Below are positions 1 through 9,076 of a stretch of 64,000 nt of DNA, piece after piece. This stretch comes from an uncultured Verrucomicrobiae bacterium (GTDB lineage: Bacteria > Verrucomicrobiota > Verrucomicrobiia > Chthoniobacterales > JAFAMB01): assembly GCA_963813025.1 (NCBI GenBank), contig CAWEXO010000013.1, forward strand, positions 128,001 through 192,000, read 5' to 3'. The first letter of the stretch is position 1, and each line of letters opens with the position of its first letter. Both the position numbers and the translations under genes were made by a program. The notes under the pieces are model-generated. The model saw nothing but the letters and a program-made list of their open reading frames with translations. It did no database searches and was not told the origin of the DNA.

Positions 1-1140
1 CAAAGCGGCCAGCTGAGTCGGCACTGAGCCGATCCTCGTCGGCTGTATCCCGTTGGCATCCACCAAACAGGGAACCTCCACACAGCAACCGGCGGGCAGA
101 TTATCAATCAGACCGTCATTTGGCACATTACCGTTGATGCGCGTGGGCTTGTTCGTCTCGATCGCTTCCATGATGTATGAGCCGTACTCATGACTGCGGG
201 CCGTGGCAAGTTCCGCGGAACTGATTGAGGCAAATTCCTGATCGAACCGCTGTTGCCTTTCGTAACAATGCCTCAGGTATCCTCCCGTGCGCCCAAAATC
301 GAACCATCCGTCCGATCTGTTTTTGAATTTCGGAACCAGATCCTCGGCGATCATCTTCTCCGATTTCCGAAAATACGGTCCGTACTCGCTGGCGTGTCCG
401 CTGGATTCGGTGACAAAATAGCCGAAGTGTTTCATCAATTCGATCCGAACGGGCTCAGCACCATAAATGTCCGGATTCTCAATAGCCTGCCAGATCTTCG
501 GATAGAGGTCTTCTTTGCCGCGTCGAAACTCCAGGAAGAAAGACTGATGGTTGATACCGGCGCAAAGGAAAGAAACCTCCTCATAGGGGACTTGTGCCCA
601 AGAAGCCAGCATCTCGCTCGTGCCTTGCACGCTGTGGCAGAGGCCGACATGCGGTTGCCCGGTTCCGGCGTCGATCGCCCAGCAGTTAGCCGCCATAGGA
701 TTGACGTAGTTGAGCAGCAACGCTTCCGGAGCCTGTTTGGACAGATCGAGCGCCAGATTGCTAAACACCGGGATGGAGCGGAGGGCTCGGAAAACGCCGC
801 CTGGGCCGAGGGTGTCGCCGACGCACTGCCCTACGCCATACTTCTGGGGAATCTCGATATCAGTCCTGTAGGCAGCCAAGCCGCCTTGCTGAAAGGTAGT
901 AATGACGTAATCCGCGCCTTTGACGGCTTCGCGTTGCTCCTGGGTAGCCACTAGCTGAGCCGAAGTGTGCAGTTGATCGATTTGCGATTGAACGATCTGA
1001 CGGGATTGTTCCAATCGCTGGGCGTCCACATCCATCAAGGCAATCGTGCTATCTTGCAGGCTCGACGTCAGCAGGATGTCGTTACATAGCCTTTGGGTAA
1101 ACACGAGACTGCCGGAACCAACAAAAGTAATCTTCGGCAT
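1..1140 (-). CDS. melA: Family 4 glycoside hydrolase (alpha-galactosidase MelA-like), 3' end runs off the window
   Basis: Manual translation, not in the ORF track: MPKITFVGSGSLVF... NAD-binding start, GDTLGPGGVFRALR, SHEYGSYIMEAIET...GNVPNDGLIDNLP..CCVEVPCLVDANGI. Confidence 0.9.
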   Translation of the reverse strand, partial: MPKITFVGSGSLVFTQRLCNDILLTSSLQDSTIALMDVDAQRLEQSRQIVQSQIDQLHTSAQLVATQEQREAVKGADYVITTFQQGGLAAYRTDIEIPQKYGVGQCVGDTLGPGGVFRALRSIPVFSNLALDLSKQAPEALLLNYVNPMAANCWAIDAGTGQPHVGLCHSVQGTSEMLASWAQVPYEEVSFLCAGINHQSFFLEFRRGKEDLYPKIWQAIENPDIYGAEPVRIELMKHFGYFVTESSGHASEYGPYFRKSEKMIAEDLVPKFKNRSDGWFDFGRTGGYLRHCYERQQRFDQEFASISSAELATARSHEYGSYIMEAIETNKPTRINGNVPNDGLIDNLPAGCCVEVPCLVDANGIQPTRIGSVPTQLAAL

Positions 1141-1266
1141 GGGGTTGGAATTGGATTAATCGCGAATCCCGTTCTGGCCGCAACGGCTTTTTCCGAACTT
1201 TTCTGTTTTTTACTCCACGATCGGTTCTTGTCGCCGGGGAAGGCTCGCATTACGTTCGCGGCTTCC

Positions 1267-2532
1267 ATGAAAGAACTGAGCACGCGCGAGTTGTTCGCAG
1301 AATACGTCGTTCCGAGCTACGGCCGTTACGAAACTGTATTCACACATGGTCAGGGCGCTCGAGTCTGGGACGAGGATGGCAAGGAATACCTCGACTTTGG
1401 CGCCGGCATCGCCGTCTCTATCCTTGGTCACAATCATCCGGCGATCGTGTCGGCGATCGAGCGACAGGCTCGTACCTTGATCCACACCTCAAACCTCTAT
1501 TATACCCGTCCGCAAGGGGAGCTGGCCCAGCGGCTGATCGAACTGGTCGAAGTGCCTGGCAAAATCTTCTTTTCGAATAGTGGCGCGGAGGCCAACGAAG
1601 CGGCGATCAAGCTTGCGCGCAGATTCGGAAGCGTCACGGCAGGAAACAAGTCGGACTCGTCGCGTTACGAGATACTTACCTTTGAAGGGTCTTTCCATGG
1701 CCGGACGATGGCCGGCATTTCGGCTACGGCACAAACCAAGGTCAAAACGGGTTTTGGCCCTCTCCTGACCGGCTTTCGTCATCTGCCTTTTAATGATTTG
1801 GCGGCAGTAGAGCAGGCCATTTCCGCGGAAACCGTCGGCGTCCTTCTGGAAGCAGTTCAGGGAGAAGGCGGCATCCATCCGGCGCGCGCCGAGTTTTTGC
1901 GAGGTCTGCGCCGGCTCTGTGATGAGCGCGGACTCCTGCTGATGTTCGACGAAATTCAATGTGGCATGGGACGGCTGGGAAATTTTTGCGGCTGGAAGAC
2001 GATTGCACCCGACGTGGTTCCCGATTGCGTCAGCTGGGCGAAAGGTATTGGCGGCGGCTTTCCGCTGGGCGCAACCTGGATCAGAAAGACGCCGGTGCGT
2101 TCGAACCCGGAAAATGTTCTCTGCGATCTTCTTGGCCCGGGCTCGCACGGAACAACTTACGGGGGCGCACCGCTGGCGTGTGCGGTATCGTTGGCCGTCC
2201 TCTCAACGATTGAGCGAGAAAAATTGTTGACGCGAGCAAGTGACCTTGGTCGGCGCCTGATACTACAGTTGACTGGTTTGCCTGGCGTACGCGAAGTTCG
2301 TGGATTGGGTTTGATGCTTGGGATCGATTTGGACGGAGCGCCGCCACCGGCGGGGGCTGAGAGCATTGCGCAAACGGTGGTGAAACGCCTGATGAAAGAC
2401 GGTCTGCTGACCGTTCCGGCTGGCTCGGCGGTCATCCGGCTCCTGCCCCCTCTGAATGTCACCGACACGGAGGTCGATCGCGCTCTGGCGATTCTCGCGC
2501 GCACCCTGGGAAACCCTTTGCGGCCTGACTGA
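1267..2532 (+). CDS. argD: Acetylornithine aminotransferase
   Basis: YLDFGAGIAV, FSNSGAEANEAAIK, SFHGRT, DEIQCGMGR, AKGIGGG; start set at ATG 1267; adjacent to argF. Confidence 0.92.
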   Translation: MKELSTRELFAEYVVPSYGRYETVFTHGQGARVWDEDGKEYLDFGAGIAVSILGHNHPAIVSAIERQARTLIHTSNLYYTRPQGELAQRLIELVEVPGKIFFSNSGAEANEAAIKLARRFGSVTAGNKSDSSRYEILTFEGSFHGRTMAGISATAQTKVKTGFGPLLTGFRHLPFNDLAAVEQAISAETVGVLLEAVQGEGGIHPARAEFLRGLRRLCDERGLLLMFDEIQCGMGRLGNFCGWKTIAPDVVPDCVSWAKGIGGGFPLGATWIRKTPVRSNPENVLCDLLGPGSHGTTYGGAPLACAVSLAVLSTIEREKLLTRASDLGRRLILQLTGLPGVREVRGLGLMLGIDLDGAPPPAGAESIAQTVVKRLMKDGLLTVPAGSAVIRLLPPLNVTDTEVDRALAILARTLGNPLRPD

Positions 2533-2538
2533 CTGAGC

Positions 2539-3438
2539 GTGAAGCATTTTCTTTCGATCGAACAGTTGAGTCGAGAGGAGCTCCTGGCACTCCTCAGTTC
2601 GACCGGCCACTTCAAGGCAAGTCGCGGGAAGAACACTCAGCGCCCACTTGCGGAAACGACGTGGGCGCTTCTTTTCAGCAAGCCATCGACGCGGACCAGG
2701 GTAAGCTTCGAGACGGGGCTCCGCGAGCTTGGCGCCGGCGTGATGTTCCTTTCCCAGAACGACATTCAATTGGGCCGCGGCGAACCAATCATCGACACTG
2801 CGCGTGTTCTGGGCAGGCTGGTGCAAGGCGCGGTGATCCGGACGTTCGATCAGAAAGACCTTGAAATTTTCGCCCGGCATAGCGGCATTCCGACAATCAA
2901 TGCGCTCACCGATGACGAGCATCCCTGTCAGATCGTGGCTGATCTGTTCACCATTCTGGAGAAACGCGGGACCCTGGATGGCTTGAAAGTGTGCTTTGTC
3001 GGAGACGGCGATTGCAACGTAGCGCGTTCTTGGATCTGGGCGGCCGAGCGAATTGGGTTCGAACTGCGGATTGCCGCTCCCCAAGATTACCAGCCGCCGC
3101 GCGCATTTCGGGACCGGCTAACTAGTGCAGCGATCCAGTTCTTCACCGATCCAGCTGCCGCCGCCGAGGGCGCTTCCGTGCTCTACACGGATGTGTGGGT
3201 GAGTATGGGTAAAGAGTTAGAAGGTGCGAAGCGGCTTGCGGATCTCGCCAACTTTCAAATAAACCGCAGTCTGCTCGAGCGCGCCGATCGAGATGTTCTC
3301 GTGCTGCATTGTTTACCGGCTTATCGAGGAAAGGAAATCACCGAAGAAGTTCTGGAAGCGCACGCCCAAACAATCTTTGATCAGGCGGAAAACCGGCTGC
3401 ACGCGCAGAAAGCGATCGTGGTTGCCTGCACTGGGTGA
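2539..3438 (+). CDS. argF: Ornithine carbamoyltransferase
   Basis: STRTR, HPCQ, YTDVWVSMG, HCLP, QAENRLH motifs. Confidence 0.96.
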   Translation: MKHFLSIEQLSREELLALLSSTGHFKASRGKNTQRPLAETTWALLFSKPSTRTRVSFETGLRELGAGVMFLSQNDIQLGRGEPIIDTARVLGRLVQGAVIRTFDQKDLEIFARHSGIPTINALTDDEHPCQIVADLFTILEKRGTLDGLKVCFVGDGDCNVARSWIWAAERIGFELRIAAPQDYQPPRAFRDRLTSAAIQFFTDPAAAAEGASVLYTDVWVSMGKELEGAKRLADLANFQINRSLLERADRDVLVLHCLPAYRGKEITEEVLEAHAQTIFDQAENRLHAQKAIVVACTG

Positions 3439-3474
3439 CGGGCGCGCGCAGGCGCTGGGGGTGAAGCGAGAACT

Positions 3475-3626
3475 TAGAGATTTCTCGGAGTGTCTTTGGC
3501 CCTGTGCTGGTAGGGCGAGAACTCGTTTGAGCCTTCGGCGAAGACTTGTTCGAGCCGGACGCAGGAGTTGCCACGTCCAACACCCGGCTCAAACAAGTTC
3601 TCGCTTGGCGCTCGAATGAATTTTCG
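3475..3626. repeat. Left part of a palindromic REP/MITE-like element (GGTAGGGCG family), interrupted by IS110; remainder at 5312-5357
   Basis: GGTAGGGCGAGAACTCGTTTGAGC (3509-3532) pairs with the reconstructed GCTCGAATGAATTTTCG|CCCTACC; inner inverted repeat ACTTGTTCGAGCCGG / CCGGCTCAAACAAGT; related half copy at 39122-39213. Confidence 0.75.
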
Positions 3627-3637
3627 TATAGCAAGTC

Positions 3638-3960
3638 CGGAGTTATTCAGCAAGCTGTGGTCGGAGGCCCTACCGGTCGGAGCTCCAGCTTGTGAATAAC
3701 TCCGCCCGGAGAAAAGAAAGCTTTGGAAAAAAGAAAGGGTTTTCTTTGCCAAGGGCAGTCGGGCAAAATCCCCCGCTGCCCACGCGAAGAAGGACGCGCC
3801 GGCTGGCTACGAATAGGATTTTCGGGTCCGCGAGATCTTTAGGGCAGAGTTTCGAGCCAGCCGGTCGCGCTTTGATTCGTCACAACGAATACTCTAGTTG
3901 AGGTCGAGCACTTCACACTTCGACGACTTAACTATACGGATTTCGGACGGCCAAAGCCAA
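3638..3960 (+). ncRNA. Predicted IS110 bridge RNA (5' hairpins, target-binding loop, donor-binding loop)
   Basis: Stems 3638-3657/3686-3704, 3753-3758/3776-3781, 3799-3808/3855-3864, TAGTTGAG-GTCGA/TCGAC-CTTAACTA; loop segments match the target flanks and IS ends; RNA boundaries inferred. Confidence 0.75.
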
Positions 3961-4004
3961 GCGGCTTTTTTCGCGCTGGGTAAAACCAGAAAAAAGGAGC
4001 AAGC

Positions 4005-5279
4005 ATGAACCGATCAAATCCGTTTCCGGTCCCAGATCCCCATTATATGGTCAGCGTGGGAATCGATTGGGCTGATAAAGAACACGCTGTCTGTCAACGC
4101 TCTGGTCCGGAGGGAGGATGCCGGACATTCCAGCTGGGCGCCGATCCCGTTTCGGTTCGGACCTGGCTCGAAGAGCTCAAAAGCTTGGCTGGTCCGCAGG
4201 GGCGGGTGGCCATTGGTTTTGAACAAAATCGGGGAGCACTCTTTGAAATGCTTCGCACCCAGGGAGACTGGATCGACCTCTATCCGCTCAATCCTTTGAG
4301 TTTAAGCGAATACCGCAAGGTCTTCTTTACTAGTGGCGCCAAGGATGACCCCCTCGACAGCCAATTGATCGAAGAGCTCGTTGATCACCATCGGGATCGG
4401 CTCCGGCTTTATCAACCCCCGGAGCCGGTAGTGCGGGAACTGGATTTGCTCGGTCAGCACCGACGCAAAGCCGTCGAGGCCTCCGTGGTGTGCGAAAACC
4501 AACTCACCAGCTTACTCAAAGTCTACTATCCGCTGGCCCTGGAGGTCCTCGACGATCTGGACACGACCCTGGCACTACATTTTTTGAAACGCTGGCCGAC
4601 CCTGCAGAGTTTAAAAAAAGCCAAGTCCCAGACCCTGCGCTCCTTTTTCTATCAACACCACAGCCGGAGCCAAAGCTTGATTGAGGAGCGGCTGGAAAAG
4701 ATCGCTCGGGCCCAAACCGTCACCGAGGATCGTTCTCTGCTGGAGCCCTCCGTGCTGAGTTGCAAGTGTTTGGTCAGTCAATTGTTGCCGCTGCGAGATT
4801 CCATCAAGGCTTTTGACAAAGCCATCCACACTCTGTTTGCCAAACATCCCGATCGGCACATTTTTGAAAGTCTGCCCGGAGCCGGCCCGCAATTAGCCCC
4901 GCGCTTGTTGGTGGCTTTTGGCTCCAATCGGCAGGCTTTTGCCCAAGCCCTGGAGGTACAGAAAAAAAGCGGAATCGCTCCGGTCCAAGTGCGCAGCGGC
5001 CAAACCAAAAGCGTCCAGCGGCGGCGCTTTCGCTCCAAATTCCTGTGCCAGAGCTTCCACGAATTCGCGGCTCATTCCATTCCTTATTCCCAATGGGCCA
5101 AGCTCTATTATCAAGAGCAAATGGCCCGCGGTAAGTCCCACCACACTGCCGTGCGCGCCTTGGCCTTTAAATGGATCCGCGTCATCTTCCGGCTCTGGCA
5201 GGACCGCACCCCTTATGACGAAGAGCGCTACCTCCAAGTCCTCAAAAAACGCCACTCACCAATCGGTGAAAAACTTTAA
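4005..5279 (+). CDS. IS110-family recombinase/transposase
   Basis: RuvC-like GIDW..GFEQ..KDDPLD (DEDD); C-terminal SLPGAG, SGIAPVQVRSG (catalytic Ser motif), ALAFKWIRVIF. Confidence 0.96.
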   Translation: MNRSNPFPVPDPHYMVSVGIDWADKEHAVCQRSGPEGGCRTFQLGADPVSVRTWLEELKSLAGPQGRVAIGFEQNRGALFEMLRTQGDWIDLYPLNPLSLSEYRKVFFTSGAKDDPLDSQLIEELVDHHRDRLRLYQPPEPVVRELDLLGQHRRKAVEASVVCENQLTSLLKVYYPLALEVLDDLDTTLALHFLKRWPTLQSLKKAKSQTLRSFFYQHHSRSQSLIEERLEKIARAQTVTEDRSLLEPSVLSCKCLVSQLLPLRDSIKAFDKAIHTLFAKHPDRHIFESLPGAGPQLAPRLLVAFGSNRQAFAQALEVQKKSGIAPVQVRSGQTKSVQRRRFRSKFLCQSFHEFAAHSIPYSQWAKLYYQEQMARGKSHHTAVRALAFKWIRVIFRLWQDRTPYDEERYLQVLKKRHSPIGEKL

Positions 5280-5288
5280 CTTTTTCCC

Positions 5289-5294
5289 TTGCCA
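5289..5294 (+). promoter_or_regulatory. Outward-facing -35 (TTGCCA) in the IS110 right end; forms TTGCCA-N17-TATAGC with 3627-3632 on circularisation
   Basis: Spacing counted on the reconstructed junction ...CTCAGATACTG-TATAGC. Confidence 0.6.
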
Positions 5295-5466
5295 GACCTG
5301 CTCAGATACTGCCCTACCGACCCAAGTCCATAGATTACGTTGCGAGACAGCTTCTGAATTTTCGTCCTCCCAGTCGTGGACCAGCAGACCTTCCATCGGC
5401 CTTTTCTCTTTGGTTGCAAAAGAGCCGGGGGTCCGCCACTAGTTGTACCTTTATTTATCAAAATTT

Positions 5467-7551
5467 ATGATTTTGCCCTCCTTGGCGGTGTCCTTCTTAT
5501 ACAAAACGGGTGTTTGGATAGCCCTTCTTTGTGCGCTCCTCGGGTTAGGCGCCGCTTATGGAGTGATTCGGTTTATCCTGTTCCAATCGCCCGGCAACGA
5601 GCGGATGCGCCAGATCGCCAGTGCGATTGAGGAGGGGGCCAAAGCGTATCTGAACCGCCAGATCCGAACCATCAGCGGTATTGCCGTCGTAATTTTCATC
5701 ATACTGATTTTTGCCAAAGATTGGTTCACCGCTTGCGGCTTTTTGATTGGTGCGGCCTGCTCGATGGCGGCGGGTTACATCGGGATGCGCGTGGCCGTCA
5801 TCACGAATTGCCGAACGGCGCAAGCCGCCAGCCGATCGAAGCAAAGCGCGTTGCGCGTCGCCTTCAATGGTGGCGCAGTAACCGGGTTGCTCGTCGTTGC
5901 TCTGGCGCTTCTTTCCGTCGGATTGTTTTTCCTAGTGGGTCAAGCGGCTTTCGGGAAGGAGCACGCCGTCAATAGCCTCGTCGGACTTGCCCTTGGCGCG
6001 AGTTTGATCAGCGTTTTCGCGCGTCTGGGAGGCGGTATTTACACCAAGGCAGCCGACGTCGGGGCCGACCTTGTCGGCAAGATCGAGTGCAACCTCGAAG
6101 AGGACGATCCGCGAAACCCAGCCACGATTGCGGACAATGTCGGGGACAATGTCGGAGACTGCGCGGGAATGGCCGCCGACGTTTTTGAAACCTACGCTGT
6201 CAGTATAATCGGAGCGATCCTGGTTGGGCTGCTGACGCTGCCGAATACGCCGGAAGCGGTGATTTACCCGTTTCTCTTAGGCGGGATTTCCGTCATTGGG
6301 GCCGTTCTGGGGATTCTCTACGTTAATTTCCGTCAAGCAACTCCGACTCAGGTACTCATTGAGGCGGTTTGTGCCAGCGGGTTGGTTTCGGCAATTCTTT
6401 ACTGGCCGGCGACAATGTGGCTCTTCCCGCACACGCTTCGGGCAGGAGACAAGGTCTACGAGCCCCACGAGCTCTACTTCGCTGCTTTGGTTGGACTGGC
6501 GATGACTGGCATCATCGTCGGCATTACTAACTACTACACTTCCACTTCCTTCAATCCGGTCCGCAAGATTGCCCGAGCCTCCGAGACTGGCCACGCGACC
6601 AACATTATCGCTGGCCTGGCGATCGGCCAGCATGCGACGGCTCTTCCTGTACTCTTCATTGGGTTGGCTATCATGCTGAGTTATTTTCTTGGCGGCCTGT
6701 ATGGTATTGCGGTGGCCGTTATGAGCATGCTCTCGATGGCGGGGATTATCATCTCGCTGGACGCATTTGGACCAATCACCGACAACGCGGGGGGTGTTGC
6801 CGTGATGAGTGATTTACCAAAGGAAACGCGAACCATCACGGACGCCCTGGACGCCGTTGGCAATACGATGAAAGCGGTGACCAAGGGGTACGCCATTGCC
6901 TCGGCGGGGTTGGCGGCGCTAGTCCTGTTTGGTTCCTATGTCGCTGAGTTACGCACTCATTTCGCCGGCACCGGCACCCACCAATTGGCGCCGAATGAAT
7001 TCTCGTTGGAGCGGCCCGAGATCATCATCGGGCTGTTTTTCGGGGGATTGCTGCCCTTTTTGTTCACCGCTTTTAGTATGGATGCGGTGGGGAAGGCGGC
7101 TGGAGCCGTGGTTAAAGAGGTGCGCCGCCAGCTGAAAGTGAAACCTGGTATCCTGAACGGAACAGAGTCACCGGAATACGGTGCCTGCGTTGATATTGTA
7201 ACACGGGCTGCCCTCCACGAAATGATTGTGCCGGCGCTATTGCCGGTCGTCTTCGTGATCGTGGCGAGCTGCTTCGGCCACGTGGTTCTAGGCGGGATGC
7301 TGGTCGGCACGATCGTCACCGGCCTGTTTGTGGCGATCTCCATGACCTCGAGTGGCGGAGCCTGGGACAATGCAAAGAAGTTCATCGAAGAAGGCAACTA
7401 CGGAGGAAAAGGCTCGCCGGCGCATCAGGCCGCGGTGACCGGCGATACGGTCGGCGATCCTTACAAGGATACCGCCGGCCCCGCTATTAACCCGATGATC
7501 AAGGTCGCGAACATTCTGGCAATTCTCATCGTTCCGATTATTTTTCGCTAA
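5467..7551 (+). CDS. hppA: Membrane-bound H+-translocating pyrophosphatase, K+-independent type
   Basis: [48 protein letters not shown] (Lys marks the K+-independent type), [11 protein letters not shown]. Confidence 0.95.
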   Translation: MILPSLAVSFLYKTGVWIALLCALLGLGAAYGVIRFILFQSPGNERMRQIASAIEEGAKAYLNRQIRTISGIAVVIFIILIFAKDWFTACGFLIGAACSMAAGYIGMRVAVITNCRTAQAASRSKQSALRVAFNGGAVTGLLVVALALLSVGLFFLVGQAAFGKEHAVNSLVGLALGASLISVFARLGGGIYTKAADVGADLVGKIECNLEEDDPRNPATIADNVGDNVGDCAGMAADVFETYAVSIIGAILVGLLTLPNTPEAVIYPFLLGGISVIGAVLGILYVNFRQATPTQVLIEAVCASGLVSAILYWPATMWLFPHTLRAGDKVYEPHELYFAALVGLAMTGIIVGITNYYTSTSFNPVRKIARASETGHATNIIAGLAIGQHATALPVLFIGLAIMLSYFLGGLYGIAVAVMSMLSMAGIIISLDAFGPITDNAGGVAVMSDLPKETRTITDALDAVGNTMKAVTKGYAIASAGLAALVLFGSYVAELRTHFAGTGTHQLAPNEFSLERPEIIIGLFFGGLLPFLFTAFSMDAVGKAAGAVVKEVRRQLKVKPGILNGTESPEYGACVDIVTRAALHEMIVPALLPVVFVIVASCFGHVVLGGMLVGTIVTGLFVAISMTSSGGAWDNAKKFIEEGNYGGKGSPAHQAAVTGDTVGDPYKDTAGPAINPMIKVANILAILIVPIIFR

Positions 7552-7586
7552 CCGCTTGCACGCGAATCCCTTTCTTTAGAGCCGGC

Positions 7587-8798
7587 ATGAAGACCCTCCT
7601 GCTTACCAACGAGTATCCCCCTTTTATCTATGGAGGGGCGGGTGTCCACGTCGATTATTTAAGTCGTGAGCTAGCCAGAATAATGGATGTCGACGTGCGC
7701 GCTTTTGGTAGTCAGAAGATCGACGAACCTCAGCTGAGGGTCCGCGGCTATCCGCTCGATCCGGCGCGGTTCAAATCGCCGAAAAACCTTGCCTCAGTTT
7801 TCGGAGCGGTGCGCCGGTGTATCGACTTCAATACAGACGGAATCGATGCGGACGTTGTCCATTGCCATACCTGGTACACGCATTTCGGCGGAGTCCTGGC
7901 GAAGCTGAATTATGGCATACCCCTGGTAATCACGATTCATTCGCTCGAACCATTGCGGCCCTGGAAACGCGAGCAACTCGGTCACGGTTACGATTTCAGC
8001 ACCTGGATCGAGAGGACCGCCATTGAAATGGCCGATGCGGTCATCGCGGTTTCGCATGGCACCAAGGACGATGTGCTCCGGCTCTTCAACGTTCCCGCGG
8101 ACAGAATCAAAATTGTCTTCAATGGGATTGATCCGGATGAATACCGGCCCGTGAAAGAGGACGACGAACTCCGCAAAAATGGGGTAGATCCGAACCGGCC
8201 TTATGTGCTCTTTGTCGGCCGAATCGCTCGCCAGAAAGGGATCATCCATCTGGTGCGGGCCATTCAATATTTGGATCCGGGTTTTCCAGTGGTGCTTTGC
8301 GCGGGCGCTCCCGACACTCCCGAAATCGCGCAGGAAATGAAGGACGCTGTCGATGAAGCCAAAACAAAACGCGCCGACGTGATCTGGATTGAGCAAATGT
8401 TGCCTAAAGCGGCGATGATCCAGTTTTATTCGCATGCCGGAGTTTTTTGCTGTCCATCGATCTACGAGCCGTTTGGCATCATTAATCTTGAGGCAATGGC
8501 CTGCGAAACTTCTGTCGTGGCCAGCGCCGTAGGAGGGATCAAGGAAGTCGTGGTCGACGGTGAGACGGGGTTTCTTGTTCCCGTCGAACAAATGAAAGAT
8601 AGCCCGTTTGAGCCACTCGATCCGGATAAATTCTCCCGCGATCTTGCCGCCCGGCTAAACCAATTGATGGCCGATACCGCTTTGCGGGAACGGTTCGGAA
8701 AAGCCGGTCGCCAACGGGCCGTCGAGAAGTTCAGTTGGAGCAGGATTGCGTCCGAAACCAAAGAGCTTTATAGGCAGCTGATTGGCCAGAAGCGCTAA
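7587..8798 (+). CDS. glgA: GT4 glycogen synthase / maltose-1-phosphate synthase (GlgA/GlgM type)
   Basis: EYPPFIYGGAGVHV, HSLEPLRPWKREQLG, YEPFGIINLEAMAC. Confidence 0.88.
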   Translation: MKTLLLTNEYPPFIYGGAGVHVDYLSRELARIMDVDVRAFGSQKIDEPQLRVRGYPLDPARFKSPKNLASVFGAVRRCIDFNTDGIDADVVHCHTWYTHFGGVLAKLNYGIPLVITIHSLEPLRPWKREQLGHGYDFSTWIERTAIEMADAVIAVSHGTKDDVLRLFNVPADRIKIVFNGIDPDEYRPVKEDDELRKNGVDPNRPYVLFVGRIARQKGIIHLVRAIQYLDPGFPVVLCAGAPDTPEIAQEMKDAVDEAKTKRADVIWIEQMLPKAAMIQFYSHAGVFCCPSIYEPFGIINLEAMACETSVVASAVGGIKEVVVDGETGFLVPVEQMKDSPFEPLDPDKFSRDLAARLNQLMADTALRERFGKAGRQRAVEKFSWSRIASETKELYRQLIGQKR

Positions 8799-9076
8799 GA
8801 CTAGGTTAGTGGCAGGTCTTGGAAATGCGCGCGACTCGTCGCCGCTTTCAGACCGCGCGGAGCGCGGCGTAAACCTGCCCGGAAGAAAGCTGGAGCCGCA
8901 TCAACGGCGCAGATTAGGTCGGAGCAGCGTCGCGCGGCACCCTCTTCATGGGAGAGCCGAACGCCACCGTGCGCGATTGCCAGCGGGCCCTTCCCAATTA
9001 CCTTCCGCCGCCGAAACCGCTTCATCCGCTCCTACCGCTCAAATGACTGAGACCTGTTCCATGCTAAACTGCCACC

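Larger units (their letters stand above)
3626..5311 (+). mobile_element. IS110-family insertion sequence, complete
   Basis: DEDD recombinase; long structured left end; no terminal inverted repeats; ends inferred by rejoining the host palindrome at a shared G (3626/5311) and from a -35/-10 promoter formed at the circle junction. Confidence 0.85.

Noticed and set aside
253..954. 233-aa plus-strand ORF
   Set aside because: Antisense shadow of melA, which the ORF track missed because it runs off the window
3691..3699. DnaA-box match TGTGAATAA in the IS110 left end
   Set aside because: Isolated, and explained as one arm of the 3638-3704 hairpin
3474..3901. Short ORFs (92 aa minus, 69 aa plus) upstream of the IS110 recombinase
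   Set aside because: No recognisable motifs; they overlap the repeat and the structured RNA
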